Shown here: one piece after another, positions 42,971-54,246 of the stretch | Layout: each line of letters begins with the position of its first letter | How positions within the stretch are numbered: position 1 is the first letter of the stretch | Assembly: GCF_026571515.1 (NCBI RefSeq) | Contig: NW_026860290.1 | Coordinates: forward strand, 248,001-312,000 | Origin: Ruditapes philippinarum | Taxonomy: Eukaryota | Length of the DNA: 64,000 nt | Direction: 5' to 3' | Notes under the pieces: model-generated | Database searches by the model: none | What the model saw: the letters and a program-made list of their open reading frames with translations, nothing else | What the model was told of the DNA's origin: nothing | Position numbers and translations under genes: made by a program

Positions 42971-43545
42971 CCCGGGTGTAGATATTCCGAGGTTTTTGGC
43001 TCAAAATCCTTGGAAAAAAACCTCGGAGTATTGGAACAAGAAAATGCAAAAGTTTGCTTTAAAAAAAAACCTTGGAAAAATTGGGAGAGGGCAAAAAAAA
43101 ACCTTGTAAAAAAAATTTCCGTGGTTAAAAACCTCGTAAAAAGTAAGACCTCGGAGTATTGGAACGATTTCCAAGGATTTCAGAAGAAAAACCTCGTAAA
43201 ATAATTTCCGAGGAATTTTTAAGAAAACCTTGTAAAATGAGTGACCTCGGAGTATTGGAACGATTTCCAAGGATTTCAGAATAAAAACCTCGTAAAATAA
43301 TTTCCGAGGAATTTTTAAGAAAACCTTGTAAAATGAGTGACCTCGGAGTATTGGAACGATTTCCAAGGATTTTTAAAGTGTTTCCGTGGTTTGTTTTCCA
43401 AGGTTTTCAAATGAAAACCTCGGAAAATTTCTCAAAAACCCAGAATACTGTAATATTTTCAGAGGATTCTTTCTATAGCATCAAGATCATTTTCCAAGGT
43501 TTATTTGAGAAAAACCTTGGAAATTTCTATAATATCCATGGAAAA
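42971..43545. repeat. Left TIR and subterminal repeat field, including a 96-bp tandem unit (starts 43147, 43243, 43339)
   Basis: Roughly 20 or more copies of AAACCT(T/C)G(G/T)AAA / TTTCC(A/G)AGG(T/A)TT in both orientations. Confidence 0.9.
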
Positions 43546-43763
43546 TCAGTAAATATTACAACCAATGAAATATTCTGAAAAAAAAACAACAATAATGTTG
43601 TCCTTTTAAAGACTTGGGAAATTTCTTAATGATAATACAGAGCAAAAAATGATCACATGACTCACTGAAACATTAATAGATGTCAAAGTGAAGTAAATAG
43701 AAATGCACTACAAATGAAAAGTTAAGTTAGTAGTCTTTAATGGTAAATATTAACAGTTAATGT

Positions 43764-46700
43764 TCAGTTAGAACTTTTTGGTTGATAGCTTGGTTTGAGT
43801 AGGTCAGCCAATTTGAGGTTGATCATTGCCTTTGATGCCCATGGCCATTTCTCCTGGACAATCTCTGAAATATATAGAAAAACATCTTTGTAGCAAGGAC
43901 ATCTATGATCTTTGTCATCCACTCAATAGTACTTTCTCACCCTAAAGCAGGAATTTTCCTTTTTAAATCATATAAGATAAACAGTATAATGGATAAACCA
44001 TTTGCTTCAGTTAAATTGAAATTTAATAGAAAACCCTTATTAAAAAATAATTTTTACAACTTTTGTTTTTTGAAAATCCTAGTGTTTTTCAGTTTTTTTT
44101 ATTTTACTATCTGTTTAGATTAATAAACTGAGATATATATTACTGTATAAAGCCTGCAGTTTCTCCTGGTTTTCCAAAGCAGGCTTGGCTGGTGTGTTTT
44201 TATTTGGAGCAAAACCAGAAAGGCTTCTTCCTTTCACTTCCTCCATGGTAAACATTTTTCTGAAAAGGGCCTTGGCTGCTTTTGAAAATGATTTTTCTGC
44301 ATGTGCAATAACCCTTAACTGTGCCTGTAATAATACAAAATGTCAAATTCAAAAGAAATGTGATAAAAGCTGAATTATCCTGATCAAGAACTATCATGCA
44401 TTTTAAGGTAAGCCTTTGGAATACATTACTATGAAAAGGCCTATCTACTCAAGCTTTTATCAAAAAGAAAAAAAACTTCAATATATTTAGCTGCTAAGCA
44501 TTGTTGAGAACCAGCAATTTCAAAATGTAAACAGAATATTTTTTTAAGTTCTCCATTAAATGTAAATCATATTAAAATTGTATTAAAACAATACCTTTGT
44601 GAAATTATTGTAAAATGTATTGGGATGCTCTTCAATTGATTCGACTAAAACTTCCATCTGAAATAAAAAGGTTGTTAAAATATATGTATTTCTATGCATA
44701 GTAATAAACAAGTAATATGTAAGTTACAACAGAAAATATAACTTTATAAAACAATCCTAGATGAATAAATTCGATTTATACAGCCTGCCTGTCTGCATTT
44801 ATTTCAGGTTTCCAGTAATGAAAAGCATTCACAATGTAGGAGGGCAATAATAAAACTTTAAAAGATTTCTTGTACAAAAAAGATATCAGAAATAAAAATT
44901 ACCTCACTGGCTTGGTCTGCAGGTTTGGTTTCAGTAAAGAACTTGTTTGTCACTGATTCCCCTATCTGTCTGTCAACATTCTTGCTCTGTAAAAAAAGGT
45001 TTAACCCTTGAAATTTTTAGGACAACTAAAAACTGAAAAATTGGTGAAAAGAAATTAAATCTTTGACATCAGTGAAAATTATATTGTATAATTTCAGCGC
45101 AAAATTATCAAATTTAATTTAACTTTCCATTCCAAAGAATATAATTTGCTTTCTTTGCTTTTTTGGAACTAGTATTATAAGTTATAAAGAATGAGTATTT
45201 AGAGTGGATGTCAAAATACTGCTTTGTTTACATACTGCTATTTTATGACACAATATTTCACTTCCAATTGCCAACATGCTTTAAATTCATTACAATATAA
45301 AAAACAAAACAATTTTCACCCTTTTTAGAAAAAAAAATTGTATATTCATTTCTGAGAAATAATGTGCCTTTAAAGAAAAAATCTGTCCATGTTCTTTTTT
45401 ACTTTTAAAAAGCTCAGTCTAGTCACAAGTATTGTATTGTTTTGTCCAAATTTGAGTCAAATAAATAAATTAATGACAAAGTAATGAAAATGTAAGCAAA
45501 ATTGAATCACATAACATAATGGTCAAGATCATTTACAGGTCAAGGTCATATCAAAATATTACAACATGTTCATTGAAAACAAGTGTTGCTTTTTCAAGAA
45601 TGAATCAAACCTGTTTATTAATCATTAAAGTTATGACTATTTAGACAAAATTCAAGGTCATTTAAAGCTCTTTGTAATGATCAATACAATGCTTTAGCAG
45701 GTCTTGTTTCAAGTAATAAGATTATCCATTTATCAATTACAAAGTAAGAGCTTACCAAAGCAATAACAACATCTACATAACTATAGCAATATTTCTATAA
45801 TTTTTTTCTGTGAAACAGTCTAAGCTAAAAATTAGATTATGAAATTGTGACATGATGTTTAAATTACAGTCAAAATAATCATCATGGATAAACCAGAATA
45901 AATTTTCTTTTACCTCATCCTTTTGATTTTCAAAGAGCCATGAAATTGAACTTCTTAAATTCTGGATCTCTGTCATAGCTCTACCTTCCAGCCATAAAAC
46001 ATACTGCCGCAAGTTGGCAACTTCTTGTTTTAAGTGAGAACAACCGTCACATTCTCTTTGCTGTTCAAGTGGCTGGTTAAGAAGATCCACCATGCCAATA
46101 CCCTGATGTGAAACAACATCTATGCTTTTGCGCACAGTGCTGAAAACTGATTCAGGACCACTGAAAATAGAGTTAAATAAACAAATGAAAAACATTTCTT
46201 TTTAACACTCTGTTACATCAACTAATACATTTATAGTTCTGTCTATACATGGATAAATAGATTTCCTTCAGAAAAATGCTACATCAAATTCTATTAACAA
46301 AGGTTGGTCTTGGGAACTGTCCATCTTTAATAACTATTGTAAATAAGTTAATCTAGTTTTATTTAGCAATATGGTGTTGTACGAGGAATTAACCCAAAAC
46401 CCTTTGATTATATATACATGTAGTAGGCAGACTGAATTAATAACTATAATACTGATCACAAATCAATTTTTAATAAACAATGACATTATAAGAATAAGGT
46501 CTTTACTGAAAATAATCAGAACTAAAAAAAATTTAAATCTAAATTCATTTCTCTTATTAGTTATAAATATTTTTGACAGGTTATATGGCCATATATAAAT
46601 GGCTGTTAGGAAATATAGCCAGAGTAGCTAAGCGAGGGTTATATTGCAAACAACTGTTTATATAATTTGTCAGGAATATTTATAACAAATTTATGATACA

Positions 46701-49700
46701 GCAAACTTTTTCAGAAAAAGTGAGATTTCTTAGAAAACTGACAGCAACAGTGTATATAAAACTATATTTAAAAATGTCTCTATTATCCAATGCAAATTGA
46801 TGTTACAAACATGCAGTATTATAAAAGGTATTAAATCGGTACTTACCCAATATCTACAGCTGAACTGGTACTGGAAGAAAGTTGATGACATCCCTCTGTT
46901 GACCTACTTGTTTCTATTTGAAATGGAATTGAGACTTCCCTAAAATTTTAAAATCATATAGCTTTATACAGGACCTCACATGACTTGACATAAAATATAG
47001 AATTATACTCTAGGAGCAAAAGAAATTGTTATAAAGCTAACTATCAGAGGACAAGTATATATTCAACACCAAAAGTGAGATTCTATTTACTTCATAACCA
47101 AACAAATTGAAATTATGAATGTACTGAAAATAATTTGTTTTGACATCTTGATTTCTTTGTTCTTTGTCTAAGGAAATGTATTGGCAAAAATTATGTGATA
47201 ACAATGGTGTATCAGTTGGTTGTACTACAAAAAATACATAAACATTGAAAGCAAGTGATATCATAACAACATTTAATATCTTGTCTTTTCATACTTAATT
47301 TTCTAATCTGCAGACTTATAGTCTAGTTGTATTCATTTTAATGAGATCAGAAAAGAGCAACAACTTACCCAATATCTAAACCTGAATTGGTATTAGAAAT
47401 AAGTGGTGGGCATGGCTCTGCAGATCTTTCAATTTCTGTTTGTAATGGAAGTGTTTCATCCCTAGAATTTTAGAATCACATAATTTAATACTTGCTATAT
47501 GATCTCGGATGACTCATCATGAGTGAACACATAATTATACCCCCGCACAACAAAGTTGTAAGGGGGGTATACTGGAATCAGCTTGTCCGTCCGTCCGGCT
47601 GTCCGTCCGGCCGTCCGTCCGTCCGGCCGTCGTTTTTTTCTTGTCCGCCCAATAACTTAAGATTCCTTTGACCCTTAGTCTTCATATTTGGCATGGAGGT
47701 TAGTCATGATTAGTAGATGACCCCTATCGATTTTGAGGTCACTAGGTCAAAGGTCAAGGTCACAGGGGCCTTGACTTCAAAAAGCTTGTCCGCCCAATAA
47801 CTTAAGATTCCTTTAACCCTTAGTCTTCATATTTGGCATGGAGGTTAGTCATGATTAGTAGATGACCCCTATTGATTTTGAGGTCACTAGGTCAAAGGTC
47901 AAGGTCACAGGGGCCTTGACTTCAAAAAGCTTGTCCGCCCAATAACTTAAGATTCCTTTGACCCTTAGTCTTCATATTTGGCATGGAGTTTAGTCATGAT
48001 AAGTAGATGACCCCTATTGATTTTGAGGTCACTAGGTCAAAGGTCAAGGTCACAGGGGCCTTGACTTCAAAAAGCTTGTCCGCCCAATAACTTAAGATTC
48101 CTTTGACCCTTAGTCTTCATATTTGGCATGGAGGTTAGTCATGATTAGTAGATGACCCCTATTGATTTTGAGGTCACCAGGTCAAAGGTCAAGGTCACAG
48201 GGGCCTTGACTTCAAAAAGCTTGTCCGCCCAATAACTTAAGATTCCTTTGACCTACAGTCGTCATATTTGGCATGGAGGTTAGTCATGATAAGTAGATGA
48301 CCCCTATTGATTTTGAGGTCACCAGGTCAAAGGTCAAGGTCACAGGGACTTTGACTTCAAAAACTTTGTCTGCCCAATAACTTTAGATTCCTTTGACCCA
48401 CAGTCTTCATATTTGACATGGATGTTGATCATGATTAGTAGATGACCCCTTTTGATTTTGAGGTCACTGGATCAAAGGTCAAGGTCATAGGGACTTTGAC
48501 TTCAAAAAGTTTGTCCACCCATTAACTTAAGATTCCTTTGACCCACAGTCTTCATATTTGGTATGGATGTTGATCATGACTATAAGGTGACCCCTATCGA
48601 TTTTGAAGTCACTGGGTCAAAGGTCAAGGTCACAGGGACCTTGACAAAAAAAGCTTTTCTTCTCAATTGCTAAAGAATGTCCTGTCCGCAATGTATTTAT
48701 TTTGACATTTTCACATTTGAAGCATGTAGAATACATAACTTAGCAATGCACTGGCTTAGTAACCTCAGATTTGGCAGGGAGGTTGTCCTTGAGCTCTAAA
48801 TGGCCACTGTTGATTCTGACAAAGTGGTATGCGGGGGTATTCACGCCATGATAGTGGCAGTTCTAGTTTAAATTATTTTGTAACAAAAAATTGATAAATG
48901 ATAAAATTGCACATTATATGACAAAGAATGTCATATACTTCTATCACATGACTAAACTTAATGAATTAATGAAAATAAATTTGTTTTCATTTTGGTATGC
49001 CTCCAGATTGATACTCAATTTTAATGAAATTGAGAAAATGTATTTAAAAGTAAAATATTCTTAAAAGAAGATATACAATGTAAAATATGTTATTCATTAT
49101 GCAAATAGGTTTCAAGATAATTATTTTGGTTTGGTTTTACAGCCCTTAAGGTCACATAGGGCTAAAACTGGAAATATGATTTTGGCTAAATGATGGTTCC
49201 AATTCTGTTACCTCAACCCTTAAGTTTTTTTTTCTTTAATTTTGATAATCCTATTAATCATCGCATTAAAAAATCAACAACTTACCCAGTATTTATAGCT
49301 GAATTAGTACTAGTATTAAATGGATGACTTGACTCTGTTGATTTTCTAATTTCTGTAAGTAATGGAGGCGTTACATCCCTAAAATTGAAAATTTTTCCTT
49401 TTTTAAAATTCATTCATAGTAAAAAAAAATCAAATAAAAACATTCTAGTTTGTAAAAACTTTTCATCAATCCATTGTGTCATGAATATCCATACATTTAC
49501 TTTGAAATCAAAATTCTACTTTTCAAATTGAACTCCCCTTGCATTAATACAGACTTGTCAAATAAATGAGTATTTTGGTGCTAAGAGCATTGGTGACATA
49601 ATTTGCTCTTATACAAATAATCAATTCTTTGAATCTATGCTTTATCCTTCGAGTGTCTAGAATACAGGACAGATCTAAACATTAATCTATTTCCACATGT

Positions 49701-52700
49701 TTAACACTAATTATTATCTACAAATTGGTAGAGAAACCCTGAAAATGAGTGTGAGATTGTCAACGTCTCTGCTGAATGTGTATTTTCAGTGTAGTTAAAT
49801 GTATTTCAAAACTGATCATAAATCAATATAGACATATTAATAAACTGATTTACACAGAATTACTATATATATATGAGCCGCGTTATGACAAAACCAACAT
49901 AGTGTGTTTGCGACCAGCATGGATCGAGACCAGCCTGAGCATCCACGCAGTCTGATCAGGATCCATGCTGTTCGCTTACCAACCCTATTATAAGTAGATA
50001 AACTGATAGCGAACAGCATGGATCCTGATCAGACTGCCCAGATGCGCAGGCTGGTCTGGATACATGCTGGTCGCAAACACACTTTGTTGGTTTTGTCGTG
50101 ACGCGGCTCATATATGCTTGTAAACTCTGTCATTGGATGAAACCAATATTATCAGATACACAATTACTTGTTTTTACAAACCTTGAATGTGTGTTCTGAC
50201 TTCCTGTGTGAACCTGCTCTTTCAATTTAGCTAGTTGCAGTTCCTCACCAGCTTTTTCCAAATCATACTTAAATTAGAAAAAAAATCAGTAAAATGAAAA
50301 AAGTAACAATTATATAGCAAGCTGTCCATGGGACCGTCCAGAAAATTACAGTAAATGCATCTGTCATTTAATAAGAAGTCATTTTCTAACATTATAGTTT
50401 ACATTTTTATTGAGAAAAGTAAAATTGTTCCACATAACAGGGAAGAAATATGATTATAACACCAATATCAAATAGGATTCTTTACCATTTTATATGAAAA
50501 GATAAGAATTGTAAGAGAACTTTGTGCATGACTATGGAAATGGCAAAGTTTAGGTTATAATGTTACTAGAGAAGCAGTTTCATAAAATTAAAAAAAATAA
50601 AAACTGAAGTTTATTACACACCTTCTTCTTTTTCTCAGTGATAGCTCTTGGCTTGGATGACTTTCTTTTCTTATTTTCTGCAGTACATAGTGCAGTATTT
50701 GCACTGGCTGTTTCTTCTGTTACAGTTTCAGACCTCTGGACATTTGGGCAGTATTTTTTTACTAAGTCAATAAATTTTGGGCTGTCAATTTCCTTCTCTA
50801 ATATTTTCTTAGATTCCTCAGTGCCATCTGAAAATCATCAATTTTTAATAGTCAATTTCTATATCATATTTTTTCCAATAATGATGCAAAATATTAAACT
50901 GCCTAAGAGAAATTGTTTTCGAAAATTTGTTCAGATTAGAAAATTCTAAAATTATGATGAAAACGTGCCAAGATTTGACAATGACAGCACCCCATAACAC
51001 TGGCTACTTATTTAATTTGGGACTGAAAAAGATGCTTAGTTTTGAAGCAATACAGGATGTATGGAAAAAATACATAAAAAAATAGTCAATGAAAACGAAA
51101 GTGCCTAGCATTATTAGCTGTAAGAAAATTTTTGACAGTTACTTATTGTTGTAATGTTACTTAACTCTTTAAACATTGAACGTTTGTGCAGAGTCAACTT
51201 TGCCTTTTAAAAAAAATATAATTAAGAAAAATACATATAGTGCTTTGCAAAAGTATGATTTAGTATGTATTATTTCAGGACACTGTTATAATATCAAATG
51301 CCATAGTATTTCTTTACACACCTTGTATTATCATTGGAATTATTGTTTGCATTGTACATTACAGAGAAATAAAATAAAAAATTAAGTTGTGACTTAATTA
51401 TAAAATGAATATTGAGTGAATCATTATGACATGACACTCACTCACACACTGACATCCCAGTTAAGAAGTAGAGAAGCTACTTAAAGTCAAGAGTCAGCTT
51501 AATAATTCTTCACAGTTTGGTTCAAGGAGTGACAGATCTTCTCCTACTTATCTTTCAAGCTTATGCAATGTAAAGGAGGTATATTTCAACAGTCTTTTTT
51601 CTGATTATATTATCATGGCAAGCTGTTTTAAATGAAAAATAAAAGATATCCGGTATATTATAATATATTGTACAGAATTAAAGTGAAGTATATTTTAATA
51701 GAAGAAATTTGTTACGCTTAAATACACTTCTTGCAGATTCGTTGTAAATTGATATTAAGGGTGTAACAGTTACTGTTATACCGATATATTGTAATATGAT
51801 TATATGAAAAAATTACTTTCGTACCACGGTACGATTTTTGGAAGACCGGTATTTTATAAAAATCTTAATTTTCATTTAATCACCTTCTTATTTCGTACAA
51901 ATTTCGCATAAAATCTTTTATTGGTGAATTTTATTGGCGTCAACGTAAGATAAAAATATCCGACAACTAAGTACACTTAAAAGTAAGTAAGCGGCCGCAT
52001 AATTTACATAAGCGGCCCAGATGTGAAAGGTCACGTGCCACTAGTTTTGTTTATCAAATTGTGTGACACTTTACTTTCTATTTATTCCTTACATTTTTAT
52101 TAAGTTTCTACTAAGAATATATACATATAATAATAACAATATATAATGTTACTCTATCTTTACATCGAAACATATACCCGACAATATGTATTGCAATATA
52201 TTGCAATACGCTTTGTCAAAATGGCAATATATTGCAATACGTTTTTACCGTATTGTTACACCCCAAATTGATATAATACAAATGTCTTTCTGTTGATGCT
52301 TTTTGTTAATCGTCAATAAAATTTGAAATAAAAACGTGTTAACTTATTATCTTCAGCTTCAAATTAGTTGTAGGTGGTCATTTATCAAATTTGAATGATT
52401 GCCTAAATCATAATTATCACCTGTTAATCGGTACTCTTAACATACACATGGTAATTGATTGGTGATAATAGCAGTCCATTAATGAGCTTTTACAATTTCA
52501 ATATCCAAAAATGTAATAATAATTTGAGAAAACATCTTAAGTCCATATATTTATTATGTGGTTCCAACAATAAAGAGTGATAAAACAAACCAATATATTT
52601 ATACATTGAAAAGTAGGCCGAGTTGACCAGGCTTAGTTGGAATAGGGCCGAGCTGACCCCGATGCATCTAAATGCATATTTTAAAATCTTATCTTTACTT

Positions 52701-53402
52701 ACCATTATCAAAACTTTAACTGTAAATGGCCAAATAACAGCAATATATATTAATTCTTTGTTGCACACACATCGTCACATGTCTAATAAATTTAATTAAA
52801 AAAATGTCCGTATTCAACTGTAACGTAATATCTATATTCAGTAATTTAAGTGTTATCGCTTCAAATTCTACCTTTAAAAGCATTTTGCTAAATTGTTAAA
52901 TACTTAAACTTAATGTGTCAATGGTATTTTGTCAACATCTTAAGAATAAAACCGTTAAAATCTCAAATTTAACTTTTTATAATCCCAATTAACAGACGCT
53001 TGTTATGATTAAACGTTTGGCTAAAACCTGTTCAGATTCCGGGTATTTAAATGGTGACGGTAAATTAGCAACCAAATTAGTAAAACTTCCACGGCAGCAT
53101 TTTAACACATTGTTACAAAGGTATATGTACATTATGCTCGGAAGTCTAGAAGTCTATCATTAAAAAAAAAAAGATAAAGAAAGCACTACACAGAGTTGGT
53201 AAAAATGTCACTTACCGCCAAGTTTTGCAATGACCCCTTCAACAATCCCAAATCTTGCAAGTTTTACTTTCACGGTCTCTCCATCACGATATTCATGATA
53301 TGCCTTTCTTGGCTCCACTATTTGTCGAATTCTTACAGCATTTCCAGTCACTGGGTTGTCATTAATCCATATCATTAACGCAAAGCTTTCGGGTGTTGCC
53401 AT
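43764..53402 (-). CDS. Transposon-encoded coiled-coil and BEN-domain protein; 11 exons, 477 aa
   Basis: Exons 53402-53216, 50827-50622, 50267-50182, 49378-49286, 47461-47369, 46939-46847, 46160-45914, 44986-44903, 44657-44595, 44324-44144, 43864-43764 (1434 nt, GT-AG, in phase, no stops). NLS-like KKRKSSKPRAITEKKKK; CDGC followed by a coiled coil. The C-terminus SFSKAAKALFRKMFTMEEVKGRSLSGFAPNKNTPAKPALENQEKLQALYKIVQEKWPWASKAMINLKLADLL fits the BEN pattern. Confidence 0.82.
47535..48868 (+). mobile_element. Complete young Helentron-associated HINE (pearl/DTC84-like) with 7 x 145-bp internal satellite, nested in BEN-gene intron 4
   Basis: 5' TTATACCCCCGC sub-TIR with inverted partner GGGGGGTATA, then a (GTCC)n tract. 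Units start at 47641, 47786, 47931, 48076, 48221, 48366 and 48511. The 3' end has sub-TIR GCGGGGGTAT, hairpin GCCATGATAGTGGC and terminal CTAGTT. Confidence 0.9.
49874..50110. mobile_element. Palindromic MITE family A, copy 8 (full length, 237 bp; BEN-gene intron 3)
   Basis: TGAGCCGCGTTATGACAAAACCAAC...GTTGGTTTTGTCGTGACGCGGCTCA within a (TA)n context. Confidence 0.9.
51756..52266. mobile_element. 511-bp hAT-type MITE with 8-bp TSD (BEN-gene intron 1)
   Basis: TAAGGGTGTAACA...TGTTACACCCCAA, flanked by ATTGATAT at 51748-55 and 52267-74; internal TATTGCAATA repeats. Confidence 0.85.
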
Positions 53403-53491
53403 TTTCACTAAGTAATTTCAAATTTTCTCATCAAATATAAATATACCTCTTTCAAATGTCCGAGCAATTTCATTGGATAGATCTTTTTATC

Positions 53492-53611
53492 AGCATTAAT
53501 CGGTTACAGGCGAAAGTTCACGAAGTTTTCCCAGCATGAGTCACATATACAATAAGCATCAATCGGATACCGGCGAAAGTTTACGAGGTTTTCCCAGAAT
53601 GTCAAACATAT
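53492..53611. promoter_or_regulatory. Duplicated 57-bp module (period 63) in the putative bidirectional promoter of the transposon
   Basis: AGCATTAATCGGTTACAGGCGAAAGTTCACGAAGTTTTCCCAGCATG / AGCATCAATCGGATACCGGCGAAAGTTTACGAGGTTTTCCCAGAATG, between the head-to-head ATGs at 53402 and 54247. TTCCCAG(C/A)ATG resembles the Staf/ZNF143 core. Promoter function is inferred. Confidence 0.5.
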
Positions 53612-54246
53612 GGTATTACGTATATGTGGTCTAAATGCGCTCACCAATGCACAGCTTCCTGATTTATGTTTGCGCTTGGCGGTGATTATTATACAAAATT
53701 CCAGTGGTTTTTAATTTGGAAAACAAGGTGCGAAAATATTGATTAAAGTTAATGTATATACATGGAACCCACCAGTGTCTAAGCTGAAAAAGGTACAGTG
53801 AATGATAATATACATTTGTTTTTCATTTTTGAAATATGATAGAATTTTTACAACAACAAGTGGCAAAAGTTTAGCCCTGAGTACATGTATTTAATTGTCC
53901 AACTAATGATCAATCAATATACAGATTAAGGATCTTTTTTTATTATTATTATTATAATTATTATTTTTATTAATGCTCCCGAAGGAAGGCATATAAGTTT
54001 GAACTGTCCACCCGTCATTCCGACCGAAAACTTTCATGTTCGAACTGTTGAACATTTCCTTTGTAACAGAAGGATTCATTCAAAATGAAGCTACGCTTCT
54101 ATTTTTTAGAGAGCGATTTTATAAATGCACATTTTTGGTCTAATGGTCTAATACGGTACAGTACATTGCTAGTAATTAGAAAGTCATTTGCACGTGTTTA
54201 TTAGGTTTATGTTTCACACAGTCGTGATTCTTTTTATTCAGCTAAA

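Noticed and set aside
43001-43578. ORFs with repeated peptides (EIVPILRGHSFYKVF...) and a CRISPR-like look
   Set aside because: Artefact of the 96-bp subterminal duplication; no unique spacers, no cas genes, eukaryotic context.
47641-48655. 145-bp array as a CRISPR array or coding repeat
   Set aside because: Head-to-tail units without spacers, inside HINE termini.
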